Shown one piece after another: positions 6,906 to 14,975 of a stretch of 37,266 nucleotides of DNA; within the stretch, counting starts at the first letter, position 1; the number at the start of each line of letters is the position of its first letter. A program made the translations under genes and the position numbers. Origin of the DNA: a virus (Duplodnaviria; Caudoviricetes); the IMG/VR virus record IMGVR_UViG_3300016666_000029, positions 1-37,266 of that record. One strand, written 5' to 3'. The notes beneath the pieces were generated by a model. The model was not told the DNA's origin, did not search any database, and saw only the letters and a list, made by a program, of their open reading frames with translations.

Positions 6906-7210
6906 GTTACGCTCAAATTGAGATGCAAATAATCCAATGGGCAGAAGCTCGTAAGATTATTCCCAATAGCAATCCAGAATCTCAGCTGCTCAAAGCAGTA
7001 TCTGAAATGGGAGAATTAGCAGATGCCACGATTAAAAAAGATCGGGAAGCGATTATTGATGCTGTTGGCGATGTCATGGTATGTCTGGTTAATTATTGCG
7101 CTCTACAAGACCTGAATCTGGTAGACTGTATGGAAGTTGCATACGATCAGATCAAAAATCGTAGGGGTACTCTTTTGCCAAACGGAGTGTTCCAGAAAGA
7201 ATCTACTTAG
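6902..7210 (+). CDS. MazG-like nucleotide pyrophosphohydrolase
   Basis: QLLKAVSEMGELAD...IIDAVGDVMV...AYDQIKNRRG; start reassigned to 6902. Confidence 0.85.
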   Translation: MSYAQIEMQIIQWAEARKIIPNSNPESQLLKAVSEMGELADATIKKDREAIIDAVGDVMVCLVNYCALQDLNLVDCMEVAYDQIKNRRGTLLPNGVFQKEST

Positions 7211-7346
7211 CAAGTAAGTAAAGACCCACATTTGAAAATGCGTACCCTGCGTACACAATAGCCATATGTGGGTTATCTTTCCATAGCTGTTCACCAGCTA
7301 TATAAGCATAGATTGCCCCTGTGAGAATAATGAGCCAAGAACTCAA
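7203..7346 (-). CDS. 47-aa two-TM membrane protein (not in the ORF track)
   Basis: TTG start overlaps the upstream stop; MSSWLIILTGAIYAYIAGEQLWKDNPHMAIVYAGYAFSNVGLYLLAK. Confidence 0.6.
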   Translation of the reverse strand: MSSWLIILTGAIYAYIAGEQLWKDNPHMAIVYAGYAFSNVGLYLLAK

Positions 7347-8323
7347 AATTCGCTCACATCGATGACTTCACCACGAAACTCAATCTGTCCTTCATAGAAC
7401 TTATGGATCAGTTCAGGCCACAGAAGTTTCCCATTAAAGAAACTGAGCATTGCAAACCCTGATCTGTGGTTATTTGGATTTAGCTCGCCATAGGTAAATT
7501 GTGGGCCATCTGGTTCTGCAAGAGTACCAGTATCTACGCCATATCTGTTTCCGTTGTAGTCACTAAATGGCGTAACTTTGAGAGAGTGCAAATGTCCAGT
7601 CACAATAGAAACCCCCGCATTAACAGTATTATTATGAGTAGCGTGAATACCACCTTTATAGCGATGCTTCACGATAACCTGAGGAGTGGGCCAACAAGCC
7701 CAACAGAACTCCCAATTGGGAATGTGATCTTCTAACTTAAATCCTGCAACTTCTTTAAATTGTGGCGCATGATTAGCCAACTTGCTAGCAAATCTTGAGT
7801 CATGGTTTCCAAATGTAAACACTAGCTTTACATTGTGTCTCTCAGCTTTGGCTGCTTCCTCAATCTCACCCAACATTCCCTGACAAGCCTTTAACTCCTG
7901 AATAACAGAGACTTGATGATCAGATGGGTCATAACGAGATATAGACGATCCATCAAAGGCATCGCCATTACAGATCACGGCTTTAGGTTTAAACTCTTGA
8001 ATAGCCCATAAAAGCCCTTTAAAGGCGGTAGAGCGTTGACCAGGTATGAAGTGAGCATCCGAGAAGACTAAAACTACGCCATCTTCTATGCCAAGATCAA
8101 TCTGTTTTAAAGGTGAATGTGATTTAGGGCGTTTATCGTAATAGGTAGCACGAACATCATCTGATGCTAGCTTTATGTTGTAGTGATTTTCAATCCATCG
8201 TCTACGCAAGAATACAGCCCTTGTATGTATTCCTAAATGCTTGCCAACTGCTGATGCAGACCTTAATTCCATCCAAATCTTGATGAACTCTGCGTCTGTG
8301 CAAGTTTGATTATGAGCGCCCAT
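7343..8323 (-). CDS. Calcineurin-like metallophosphoesterase with N-terminal HTH-like region
   Basis: SDAH, NGDAFD, GNHD and GHLH motifs; start reassigned to 8323. Confidence 0.85.
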   Translation of the reverse strand: MGAHNQTCTDAEFIKIWMELRSASAVGKHLGIHTRAVFLRRRWIENHYNIKLASDDVRATYYDKRPKSHSPLKQIDLGIEDGVVLVFSDAHFIPGQRSTAFKGLLWAIQEFKPKAVICNGDAFDGSSISRYDPSDHQVSVIQELKACQGMLGEIEEAAKAERHNVKLVFTFGNHDSRFASKLANHAPQFKEVAGFKLEDHIPNWEFCWACWPTPQVIVKHRYKGGIHATHNNTVNAGVSIVTGHLHSLKVTPFSDYNGNRYGVDTGTLAEPDGPQFTYGELNPNNHRSGFAMLSFFNGKLLWPELIHKFYEGQIEFRGEVIDVSEF

Positions 8324-8684
8324 TCGATTCCTTGAAGAGTAATTGCTCAAGCAAGTTAATGACCCTGTGTTCTTGCATTTCCACCTCTTCTTGAGAAGAT
8401 TTAGGGTCTTGTGCAACAGTCATTAGGTCGTGAAGCATCACATGGAGCAATTCATGCAAAGCTGTCTTGTCTAAGGACTCAGGCGTGATCTTCTCTGCAC
8501 CAAAGTCACCCAAACGATAAGTCGCTAATCTGGCATTCTCATTGAACTCCACAGAAGCCATTGCTTGCTTTGCAGGCTTAGAGCCTTTCTCTATTCTCCA
8601 GTCACCCAGAGATAGTGTTTTCTGCCATTTCTTCACACATTCTGCAAAGAATTCAGCATCCTGTTGAGTTGGAATGTTTGACAT
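8310..8684 (-). CDS. Small HEXXH zincin-like metallopeptidase
   Basis: ALHELLHV motif with a downstream EH. Confidence 0.65.
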   Translation of the reverse strand: MSNIPTQQDAEFFAECVKKWQKTLSLGDWRIEKGSKPAKQAMASVEFNENARLATYRLGDFGAEKITPESLDKTALHELLHVMLHDLMTVAQDPKSSQEEVEMQEHRVINLLEQLLFKESNGRS

Positions 8685-8717
8685 AACACCGCTTTATACA
8701 CAACTTTTTCACTTATT

Positions 8718-9317
8718 TTATGAAGTCAATACTGCAAGTGCGTGATTTATGTGCTTTTCTCTGTCTGCCAAACCAATAAAACCACCATTGATCTTCTTGG
8801 TCATCATCTTGTAATCCCGAGAATCAGCGTATTGGTTGAGCTTATGGGTGTCCCAAAACCAACCAGCAGTTAGTGCAGCGTACATAGGCGTGCCAACTAA
8901 TTCAGGTTGCATCACAAAGTCTTCGCCAATGGCTTGCCCTGCATGGTAATAGTTGGCATGTCCTGTCAATTGAATGCATCCACGACCTCTAAAACGATAT
9001 CCGTCACCAGAAGCCTCATCTCTATTTCCCATGCGATTTGCGTAAACCATATTGGCTATTTTCTTGGGATTCTTAGCGTATTGATTGGCAATCTCTAAAG
9101 TTGGAAAACGCTTAGGCCACAACTTCATCAGAGTCTCAGCACGATAATTAAGATTTTCTTCCAGTGTCTTAAAATTACCACACTCATGAGAGCATTGACC
9201 AATGAAAGCAGCTTGTCTTAATGGGCTAGACATATCAAATCTCTGAAATGTAGTGTTCAGAGCTGCTTCCCAAACAGGGTCAATATGTAGTTGTTTTAAT
9301 TGTTCAGCGCTTATCAT
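8718..9317 (-). CDS. Endolysin, glycoside hydrolase family 19
   Basis: AAFIGQCSHE, EENLNY, GDGYRFRGRG.IQLTG, TKKINGG..GL.DR. Confidence 0.92.
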   Translation of the reverse strand: MISAEQLKQLHIDPVWEAALNTTFQRFDMSSPLRQAAFIGQCSHECGNFKTLEENLNYRAETLMKLWPKRFPTLEIANQYAKNPKKIANMVYANRMGNRDEASGDGYRFRGRGCIQLTGHANYYHAGQAIGEDFVMQPELVGTPMYAALTAGWFWDTHKLNQYADSRDYKMMTKKINGGFIGLADREKHINHALAVLTS

Positions 9318-9801
9318 TTAATAAATTCCTTACATCGTTGTAAGCATCCACACAGGCATTCAAAGCAGCCGTATTACGATCCCCTTGAGCCACTATTTCT
9401 GCGATGGCTTGGAGGGTTGCTCGTTCGGCATCAGAAGCTGTGTCAGCCTGTCTGTCAGGTTTACTGGTTGCTTCTGTATTTGTGGTGGCAGAGGCGGTAT
9501 TTGTGGGGGTTGATACACAACTTGAGGGGTTGATACGCACCCTACCAGCACGAATGGCACGATCCAAAGCAGACTGTTTTTCATTGACAACATTTGTAAC
9601 CTCTTGAAGTTTGGTTGCGTTAGCGTTGAGTTGTTCTGTAAGTTTCTGTTCAGTTTTACGAGACTCTTCATTCTTTTTAGCAATGGCTACTTGCATTTCC
9701 TTATCTCTGTCTGACCAACCAAAGTGATATCCACCACGATATGTACCAAAGAGAGATATCAATAGTCCAACAATGAGCCAAGGTAATGGTATGCCAAACA
9801 T
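9304..9801 (-). CDS. Rz-like inner-membrane spanin
   Basis: N-terminal TM, coiled coil, C-terminal ALNAC; next to the endolysin. Confidence 0.8.
   Translation of the reverse strand: MFGIPLPWLIVGLLISLFGTYRGGYHFGWSDRDKEMQVAIAKKNEESRKTEQKLTEQLNANATKLQEVTNVVNEKQSALDRAIRAGRVRINPSSCVSTPTNTASATTNTEATSKPDRQADTASDAERATLQAIAEIVAQGDRNTAALNACVDAYNDVRNLLNDKR
9393..9584 (-). CDS. Rz1-like outer-membrane lipoprotein spanin embedded in Rz
   Basis: MKNSLLWIVPFVLVGC lipobox followed by a Pro-rich segment, in an alternative frame inside Rz. Confidence 0.78.
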   Translation of the reverse strand: MKNSLLWIVPFVLVGCVSTPQVVYQPPQIPPLPPQIQKQPVNLTDRLTQLLMPNEQPSKPSQK

Positions 9802-10283
9802 TATTCAGCCTCCCGACGAGCTACTGCTATCTGAACTCGGTCATGGTCATCTTCCAAGTGGTCTGGTGGAGTTGTTGGTGGTGGGCCAGGAGTCCATGCC
9901 TCATCTAAATCAGGATTTTTGTAGCCCATCCAATTAAAACTAGGCATTGGATTAGAAGGCGCAGGAGGCGTTGGAATGGGTTGCGTAGGTGTAGGTACTG
10001 GCGCAGGCGTTGTAGCGTTCTGGATGGCGTTTACAGCCGTTCCTACACCCTTTTTACCAATAACTCCACCAATACCGCCAACAATCAGCAAAACAATGTC
10101 GTTCAGCATCTTGGTATAAGCCATGTCAATCGGGGCCATGGTCTTAATTGGTTGTGTCACAAAGGTGACAGAGTAAAGTAGTGCAACAACAATAAAGCAA
10201 AGAATCAGGGTAACAACAACAACTACAAAACCCCAAACATAGGTTTCAACTTCTTCAATTGTTGGTCTTTTCTGGTGGGACAT
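9801..10283 (-). CDS. Two-TM holin-like protein with a Pro-rich tail
   Basis: Two hydrophobic helices; directly upstream of spanin and endolysin. Confidence 0.55.
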   Translation of the reverse strand: MSHQKRPTIEEVETYVWGFVVVVVTLILCFIVVALLYSVTFVTQPIKTMAPIDMAYTKMLNDIVLLIVGGIGGVIGKKGVGTAVNAIQNATTPAPVPTPTQPIPTPPAPSNPMPSFNWMGYKNPDLDEAWTPGPPPTTPPDHLEDDHDRVQIAVARREAE

Positions 10284-10455
10284 CTGTTACCTTCTTTTCA
10301 AGAATAGGAGCAACTAAGTATTCAGGACATTGCTGAGTAAACTGACATTTTGGTTTCTGGCACTCTTCAGCATGGAAAAAGTCAGGGTTCTGGCACTTAT
10401 AGCGATACCTGTCTTCACAGCCAGTTAACAGCAATAGCAAGAGTAAATATTTCAT
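10255..10455 (-). CDS. Small Cys-rich lipoprotein
   Basis: MKYLLLLLLLTGC lipobox plus four more Cys. Confidence 0.75.
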   Translation of the reverse strand: MKYLLLLLLLTGCEDRYRYKCQNPDFFHAEECQKPKCQFTQQCPEYLVAPILEKKVTDVPPEKTNN

Positions 10456-10628
10456 ACATTTACATCCACTTCAGTAGCCTTAATCCAATGGGTTTTGATC
10501 TCTTGGCACTTTTGTTGGTGTTCTGCTTGTCGGTTTAACTCTGCTAAACGCTGCATATTCTGTTGGTGGATCACCCTTTGAGCCTCCCATAACATACGAG
10601 CGTTTTCTGCATAAGTAGTGATTCTCAT
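10452..10628 (-). CDS. 58-aa hypothetical coiled-coil protein (not in the ORF track)
   Basis: MRITTYAENARMLWEAQRVIHQQNMQRLAELNRQ...; ATGA overlaps at both ends. Confidence 0.62.
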   Translation of the reverse strand: MRITTYAENARMLWEAQRVIHQQNMQRLAELNRQAEHQQKCQEIKTHWIKATEVDVNV

Positions 10629-10780
10629 TTCCCAAGACCCACCTTTCCAAGCAAAAGATTGACAATCTTGTCTGCCAAATCATTTGGCAAGAACTTCAGA
10701 AACCCTAAGAAATAAAGTGCTACACACCCATAGACAACAATCTTAAGGGCTAAATCAAAGGTTTTCTGGTACTCGTTCAT
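10625..10780 (-). CDS. 51-aa membrane protein (not in the ORF track)
   Basis: MNEYQKTFDLALKIVVYGCVALYFLGFLKFLPNDLADKIVNLLLGKVGLGK; ATGA overlaps at both ends. Confidence 0.65.
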   Translation of the reverse strand: MNEYQKTFDLALKIVVYGCVALYFLGFLKFLPNDLADKIVNLLLGKVGLGK

Positions 10781-11277
10781 CTACCGCACCTTGCACCCTT
10801 GCACATATCCATGATCTCATTTACGCCAACAAACAGTAAAAACAGAATAAAGAATACGCCACCGATAATCATGGCCCACTCTTGCATTTCCTGCTCTTTT
10901 GCTTTGGCTTCCTTCTCTGCTTTCCTTAAAGCACTTAATTCTTTAGCATCAGCCAAGTCCATTTCTGCTTGACGAGCCTTGATCTTGTTCCAGACATCCA
11001 CTTTGCCTGTTTGCATGAACAACATCTTGAGTTCTTCTTCAAAAGCACGAGCTTGTTCAAGAGCCATCTCAATTTGTAAAGCAGCGCCCATATTAGAGCC
11101 TTTTTTATCTGCTTTAGCTTGTAGCATAGCCTTTGTAGCTTGGCTTTTAGCATCAAACATCTTGCCCAACATAGGAGCAAGACCACCTAAGTCATTGGCT
11201 ACTTTACTAGCCTTTTTAACCATTGAAATGGCACTTTGTAGGCTATTTAAAGCACTAATCGGATCCAAGGGTATCAT
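10777..11277 (-). CDS. Coiled-coil protein with a C-terminal TM anchor
   Basis: MIPLDPISAL... helical body with a hydrophobic C-terminus; ATGA-coupled start at 11277. Confidence 0.75.
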   Translation of the reverse strand: MIPLDPISALNSLQSAISMVKKASKVANDLGGLAPMLGKMFDAKSQATKAMLQAKADKKGSNMGAALQIEMALEQARAFEEELKMLFMQTGKVDVWNKIKARQAEMDLADAKELSALRKAEKEAKAKEQEMQEWAMIIGGVFFILFLLFVGVNEIMDMCKGARCGR

Positions 11278-11387
11278 TTTCTCTTCTCCCACTTGAGACA
11301 GACTACTCTGCGATTAAACACATCGCCAGTCCAAGTCCATTTAACACATCGGTATTCAATGGTTGCCGCCAAGAGAAAGGCGATCAT
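11274..11387 (-). CDS. 37-aa peptide with a Cys pair (not in the ORF track)
   Basis: MIAFLLAATIEYRCVKWTWTGDVFNRRVVCLKWEKRK; ATGA overlaps at both ends. Confidence 0.6.
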   Translation of the reverse strand: MIAFLLAATIEYRCVKWTWTGDVFNRRVVCLKWEKRK

Positions 11388-11476
11388 GGAAATGCCCAGA
11401 TAACTACAAAACTACAAAATATGACAAAAGCAGAGAGAACGGCTGCCGCTACAAATGCAACAGCCCAATCTCTCAT
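11384..11476 (-). CDS. 30-aa single-TM peptide (not in the ORF track)
   Basis: MRDWAVAFVAAAVLSAFVIFCSFVVIWAFP; ATGA overlaps at both ends. Confidence 0.58.
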   Translation of the reverse strand: MRDWAVAFVAAAVLSAFVIFCSFVVIWAFP

Positions 11477-13419
11477 GGTTTAAATTCAGCCTGATTCAAT
11501 GCTTGGTTAATTCGTGCTTTGATCTTATTATTTTTGATTTGCTGACTTGCAACACGAACCAAACTCAAAACTGGAACTGGCAAACCAGTCAATGCACCAG
11601 TAGCGCCAGCTTCAGCCATTGCACTCATCAAGGCCATTGAAGTACCAGAACTGTTAATCAATGTGCCTGGTGGTACTGTCTGAACATATTTCACGACTTC
11701 ATTTAAGTCACGAACAATTTGAGCCTTCTCTTTGCCCAAAATGATATCTAAACGACCATCTGTATCCAAAGCATTGACTGCTTGGTTTAGTTTTGCAGGA
11801 GAAACAATAGGTCTGCCACTAGAGTCAGTCTGCAAGCCACTTGTTGCTACATTTTCTAAGTGCTTAATGGTTGCACCTTGCAATTCTTTCATTGCTTGTT
11901 GACCATTTTTGCCACTTGTCAGCAAAACTCTACGCAAGAAAGTAACTTCCTCGGGTGTTGCATTTAAGATAGATCGTTTAAATGCTTCACTAGCAGCTAC
12001 TTTAGGATCATCCTTACCTTTAATAGTAGTTAACAAATTTGAGACTACTGCACGACCTTCATACTTACGAGCCTGAGACTCACGCAAAGCGCGAGCTTCT
12101 GCGTAAAGTGGGCCAGCAGTATCTTTTGTAGTTTCATCAATGATTGACTTCAAAATAGCAGACTGACGCTTGTTGACAATGTCATAGTCAGTAGCCATGT
12201 TGATTTCTCTACGCAACTCTTCTAACTTCTTAACAGTTGCATCCAATGGCACTAAATTACCATTGTCATCTTTGGTAGCAATACCTAGTTTTACAGCAAA
12301 CTGTTTGGCAGTATCAGGAATAGCAGCAGATGGGACACCACTTGGTTGGCTATTCAAGTAGTCAAACAATGTCGTAGTTGTCTCTTGATCGCCATACTTA
12401 ATAACTCTTGGCAATGTCAAATCTACTGGTAACAATGCTTCAGGAGAGTTATCTGCCTTGCGATAAGCAGCAGCAGTTTTAGCCTTAGCACCTTGCCAAC
12501 CTTGTGACAGAGCATCAATAACTGCATTACCAGTAGAAGCAGGGCCAATAGCAGCAGTCTGAGAGCCAGTCATATCAATCAAAGCATCAAAGTTCTGCAA
12601 TGCTTGTAAATTGTTTTGCTCTGCTCTCTGACGGAGTGGCTCACCCAATGGGCCTTTAATCTGTTCTTTCTCAAAAGCCAATTGACTAGCTTCACGAGTA
12701 GCAGCGCCTTTTGTCAAGTCAACAGGAACTGGCAAACCTTGAGCAGTAGTAACTCGTTGAAGTTCTGCAGGAGTTGCAGCAGCACCAGCACTTGTACGAG
12801 CGCCAACACCAGTAGTAGGTGTTAAGTCCATTCCTAATGCTTCTTTAACGATGCTAGTGCCTCGTTGAGCGCCTTGAGAAATCTGTTGAGCGCCTTGTTG
12901 GACAGACTGCAAGCCACGCAAAGCAGTAGCCTCTGCAATTGGTGTAGCTTGTTTCAGCGCCTGACCAAGCATTCCAGCTTCAGTAACAACAGGAATAACA
13001 GGAGGCAATGCTTCTGCAACTTTACCAATAGACTGAACTTGCTCCATGCCTGATTGAGTTCTAGGCATATAGGTGTAACGCTGACCACCAGCCATAGCTT
13101 GCTCTTGAATAGCTCTAGCAGCCTCTGGAGTGCCAAATTTGCCTGCTTTTGCTTGCTCAATAGCGCCAGTAATGCCGCCACCGATAGTTCCTAGCAAACC
13201 AGTAGTACCACCAGTTAGCAAAGTCAATCCTGCTTCACCAGCGCCAAGCAGTTGATCTCCCAATCCTGATGGAGCAGGACTAGGAGCAGTAGCCATCTGA
13301 GCAGTATTCTGTTGACTCTTGGCTATTTGATAAGCCTGTGCAACAGTTTCAAACTCTGGCGTTCCTTGTTTTGCCCTATTTTGGACAATCCAAGTTGCGT
13401 ATTCTTCTGCTGTTGCCAT
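11473..13419 (-). CDS. Internal virion / DNA ejection protein (large)
   Basis: 648 aa, Ala/Gln/Gly-rich and helical; third of three such genes after the tail genes. Confidence 0.65.
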   Translation of the reverse strand: MATAEEYATWIVQNRAKQGTPEFETVAQAYQIAKSQQNTAQMATAPSPAPSGLGDQLLGAGEAGLTLLTGGTTGLLGTIGGGITGAIEQAKAGKFGTPEAARAIQEQAMAGGQRYTYMPRTQSGMEQVQSIGKVAEALPPVIPVVTEAGMLGQALKQATPIAEATALRGLQSVQQGAQQISQGAQRGTSIVKEALGMDLTPTTGVGARTSAGAAATPAELQRVTTAQGLPVPVDLTKGAATREASQLAFEKEQIKGPLGEPLRQRAEQNNLQALQNFDALIDMTGSQTAAIGPASTGNAVIDALSQGWQGAKAKTAAAYRKADNSPEALLPVDLTLPRVIKYGDQETTTTLFDYLNSQPSGVPSAAIPDTAKQFAVKLGIATKDDNGNLVPLDATVKKLEELRREINMATDYDIVNKRQSAILKSIIDETTKDTAGPLYAEARALRESQARKYEGRAVVSNLLTTIKGKDDPKVAASEAFKRSILNATPEEVTFLRRVLLTSGKNGQQAMKELQGATIKHLENVATSGLQTDSSGRPIVSPAKLNQAVNALDTDGRLDIILGKEKAQIVRDLNEVVKYVQTVPPGTLINSSGTSMALMSAMAEAGATGALTGLPVPVLSLVRVASQQIKNNKIKARINQALNQAEFKP

Positions 13420-14963
13420 TAACGACCTCCACGCAAGATAGCATCTGCTGCACTCATAATGTTCGAAACTTGAGCATTTGGTGATGGCATATTAGGCGTT
13501 GGAATCTGGTTAATCAAAGCCTGACGCTGACCTTCACGGCTTGCACCTGAATAACGATCATTTACATCTTTAGCAACACGAGATGAGAAGTCATTGAATG
13601 ACTCACCTGGTCGAACAGTAAAGTCACCAGCAATAAATGTACTTCCTGCTCTAGTCAAAGCACCATTATTCTTAGCAAGCCAATCAGTCTTAGCATTTGC
13701 AACAGCAGAGTCAATATCTTGCAATTTAGCCATACCACGCAAGAATTGAGCGATATTGGCAGAATTAGAAGTGTCTTTAGGGAATCCAGACAGAGCCATT
13801 TGAATGTCTTTATCTGTTGCAGGGCCTGGTGGCAATGCTTTGATTGCTGCGCTGTTACGCAAACGAGTGTATTCCTGACGCAAAGAAGTCTCATAGCCTT
13901 CTGCACCAATTGTTGATTTAGCAAACTCACTAAGGCTAGACAACTTGCCATAACCACCAAGGCTTTCAATTCTGTTTGCCAGATCATTGAACTGGTCAGC
14001 AGATTGTTTAGCAGTAGCAGCTACTACAGCATTCTCATTAATCAGTTTACGAGTGTCAGCAGGAATCTCAGTATTGAGTTTGTTAATCTGTGCCAGTTTC
14101 TCCAACACATTGACATTGGTCATCTGTGTGTCCAAGTTCAACTTAGCACCACGAGTTCCAATCTCACTCTGCAGATTCTTGATGTTCCATGTTTTCTCTT
14201 GCAAACCAAGTTCTTGCGCTCTTTGAGTAAATTGAGACTCAATAAAGGCTTTCTGAGCTTTTGCCGATTTTTCAATAAGTTCAGCTTGCTTAGATGGTGT
14301 TGCAACAGCAGCCTCTGCTTGTGCAGTAGTAGCTTCAGCAGCCAGTTTATTGGTCTTAGCAGCAGCCTCTTGTGCTTTATAGATGCTTTCCAACTCAGCA
14401 CGACCAGCAGGAGTTTGCAACAATTGTGCTTCAACTCGTTTAATGTCATAACTTGGCCCACTAACACCAGCGCCAGGCATCACATTCCCTTCATCATCTT
14501 TCAATGGGAATTGTGTTGGTTGACCATACATGGTCGCTTGACCACCAGGTTGGAATGCTTGCTGAGAAATCTGACGAGCCTGTAAAGCCTCTTGTTGAGC
14601 CTGAATCTGAGCTTGTCTTTGAGTCATTTGGTCAGCAGTTGTAAGCAAACGCAAAGCTAAGTCTTGATTACCAATTTGGCTTGCTTTTTGAGCTGCTTGA
14701 GTCAATGCAACTGGATTAGTGATATCCAAACCACGCATGATCTCTTGTTGCTGAGTAATCATTCGCAACTGTGGGTCTTCAGCACCAAGCAAACCACCTA
14801 CAGCACGACCAAGACCAGCAGAACCTGCATAAATTCCTGCATTGGCTCTTTGAATTGGAGATAATTTAGATAAAGCAATACCTTGATCCATTGCAGACTG
14901 TTGAATCTGCTGGTTATATAGTTCAGGAGTTAATCCGAACAAGCTAGGGACAATATCTGCCAT
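13419..14963 (-). CDS. Internal virion / DNA ejection protein
   Basis: Ala/Gln-rich coiled coil, GPATDKDI segment; position in the operon. Confidence 0.65.
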   Translation of the reverse strand: MADIVPSLFGLTPELYNQQIQQSAMDQGIALSKLSPIQRANAGIYAGSAGLGRAVGGLLGAEDPQLRMITQQQEIMRGLDITNPVALTQAAQKASQIGNQDLALRLLTTADQMTQRQAQIQAQQEALQARQISQQAFQPGGQATMYGQPTQFPLKDDEGNVMPGAGVSGPSYDIKRVEAQLLQTPAGRAELESIYKAQEAAAKTNKLAAEATTAQAEAAVATPSKQAELIEKSAKAQKAFIESQFTQRAQELGLQEKTWNIKNLQSEIGTRGAKLNLDTQMTNVNVLEKLAQINKLNTEIPADTRKLINENAVVAATAKQSADQFNDLANRIESLGGYGKLSSLSEFAKSTIGAEGYETSLRQEYTRLRNSAAIKALPPGPATDKDIQMALSGFPKDTSNSANIAQFLRGMAKLQDIDSAVANAKTDWLAKNNGALTRAGSTFIAGDFTVRPGESFNDFSSRVAKDVNDRYSGASREGQRQALINQIPTPNMPSPNAQVSNIMSAADAILRGGR

Positions 14964-14975
14964 GTTTTTCTCCAA

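Noticed and set aside
8685-8717. TATAAA 8 nt upstream of the peptidase ATG as a leaderless promoter
   Set aside because: No convincing -35 or correctly spaced extended -10; too weak to call.
10480-10683. 67-aa ORF from the track
   Set aside because: The region is better explained by two ATGA-coupled ORFs, 10452..10628 and 10625..10780.
14004-14585. 193-aa plus-strand ORF, and similar ones such as 30262..30849
   Set aside because: Ser/Leu-rich antisense products of long structural genes with biased codon usage.
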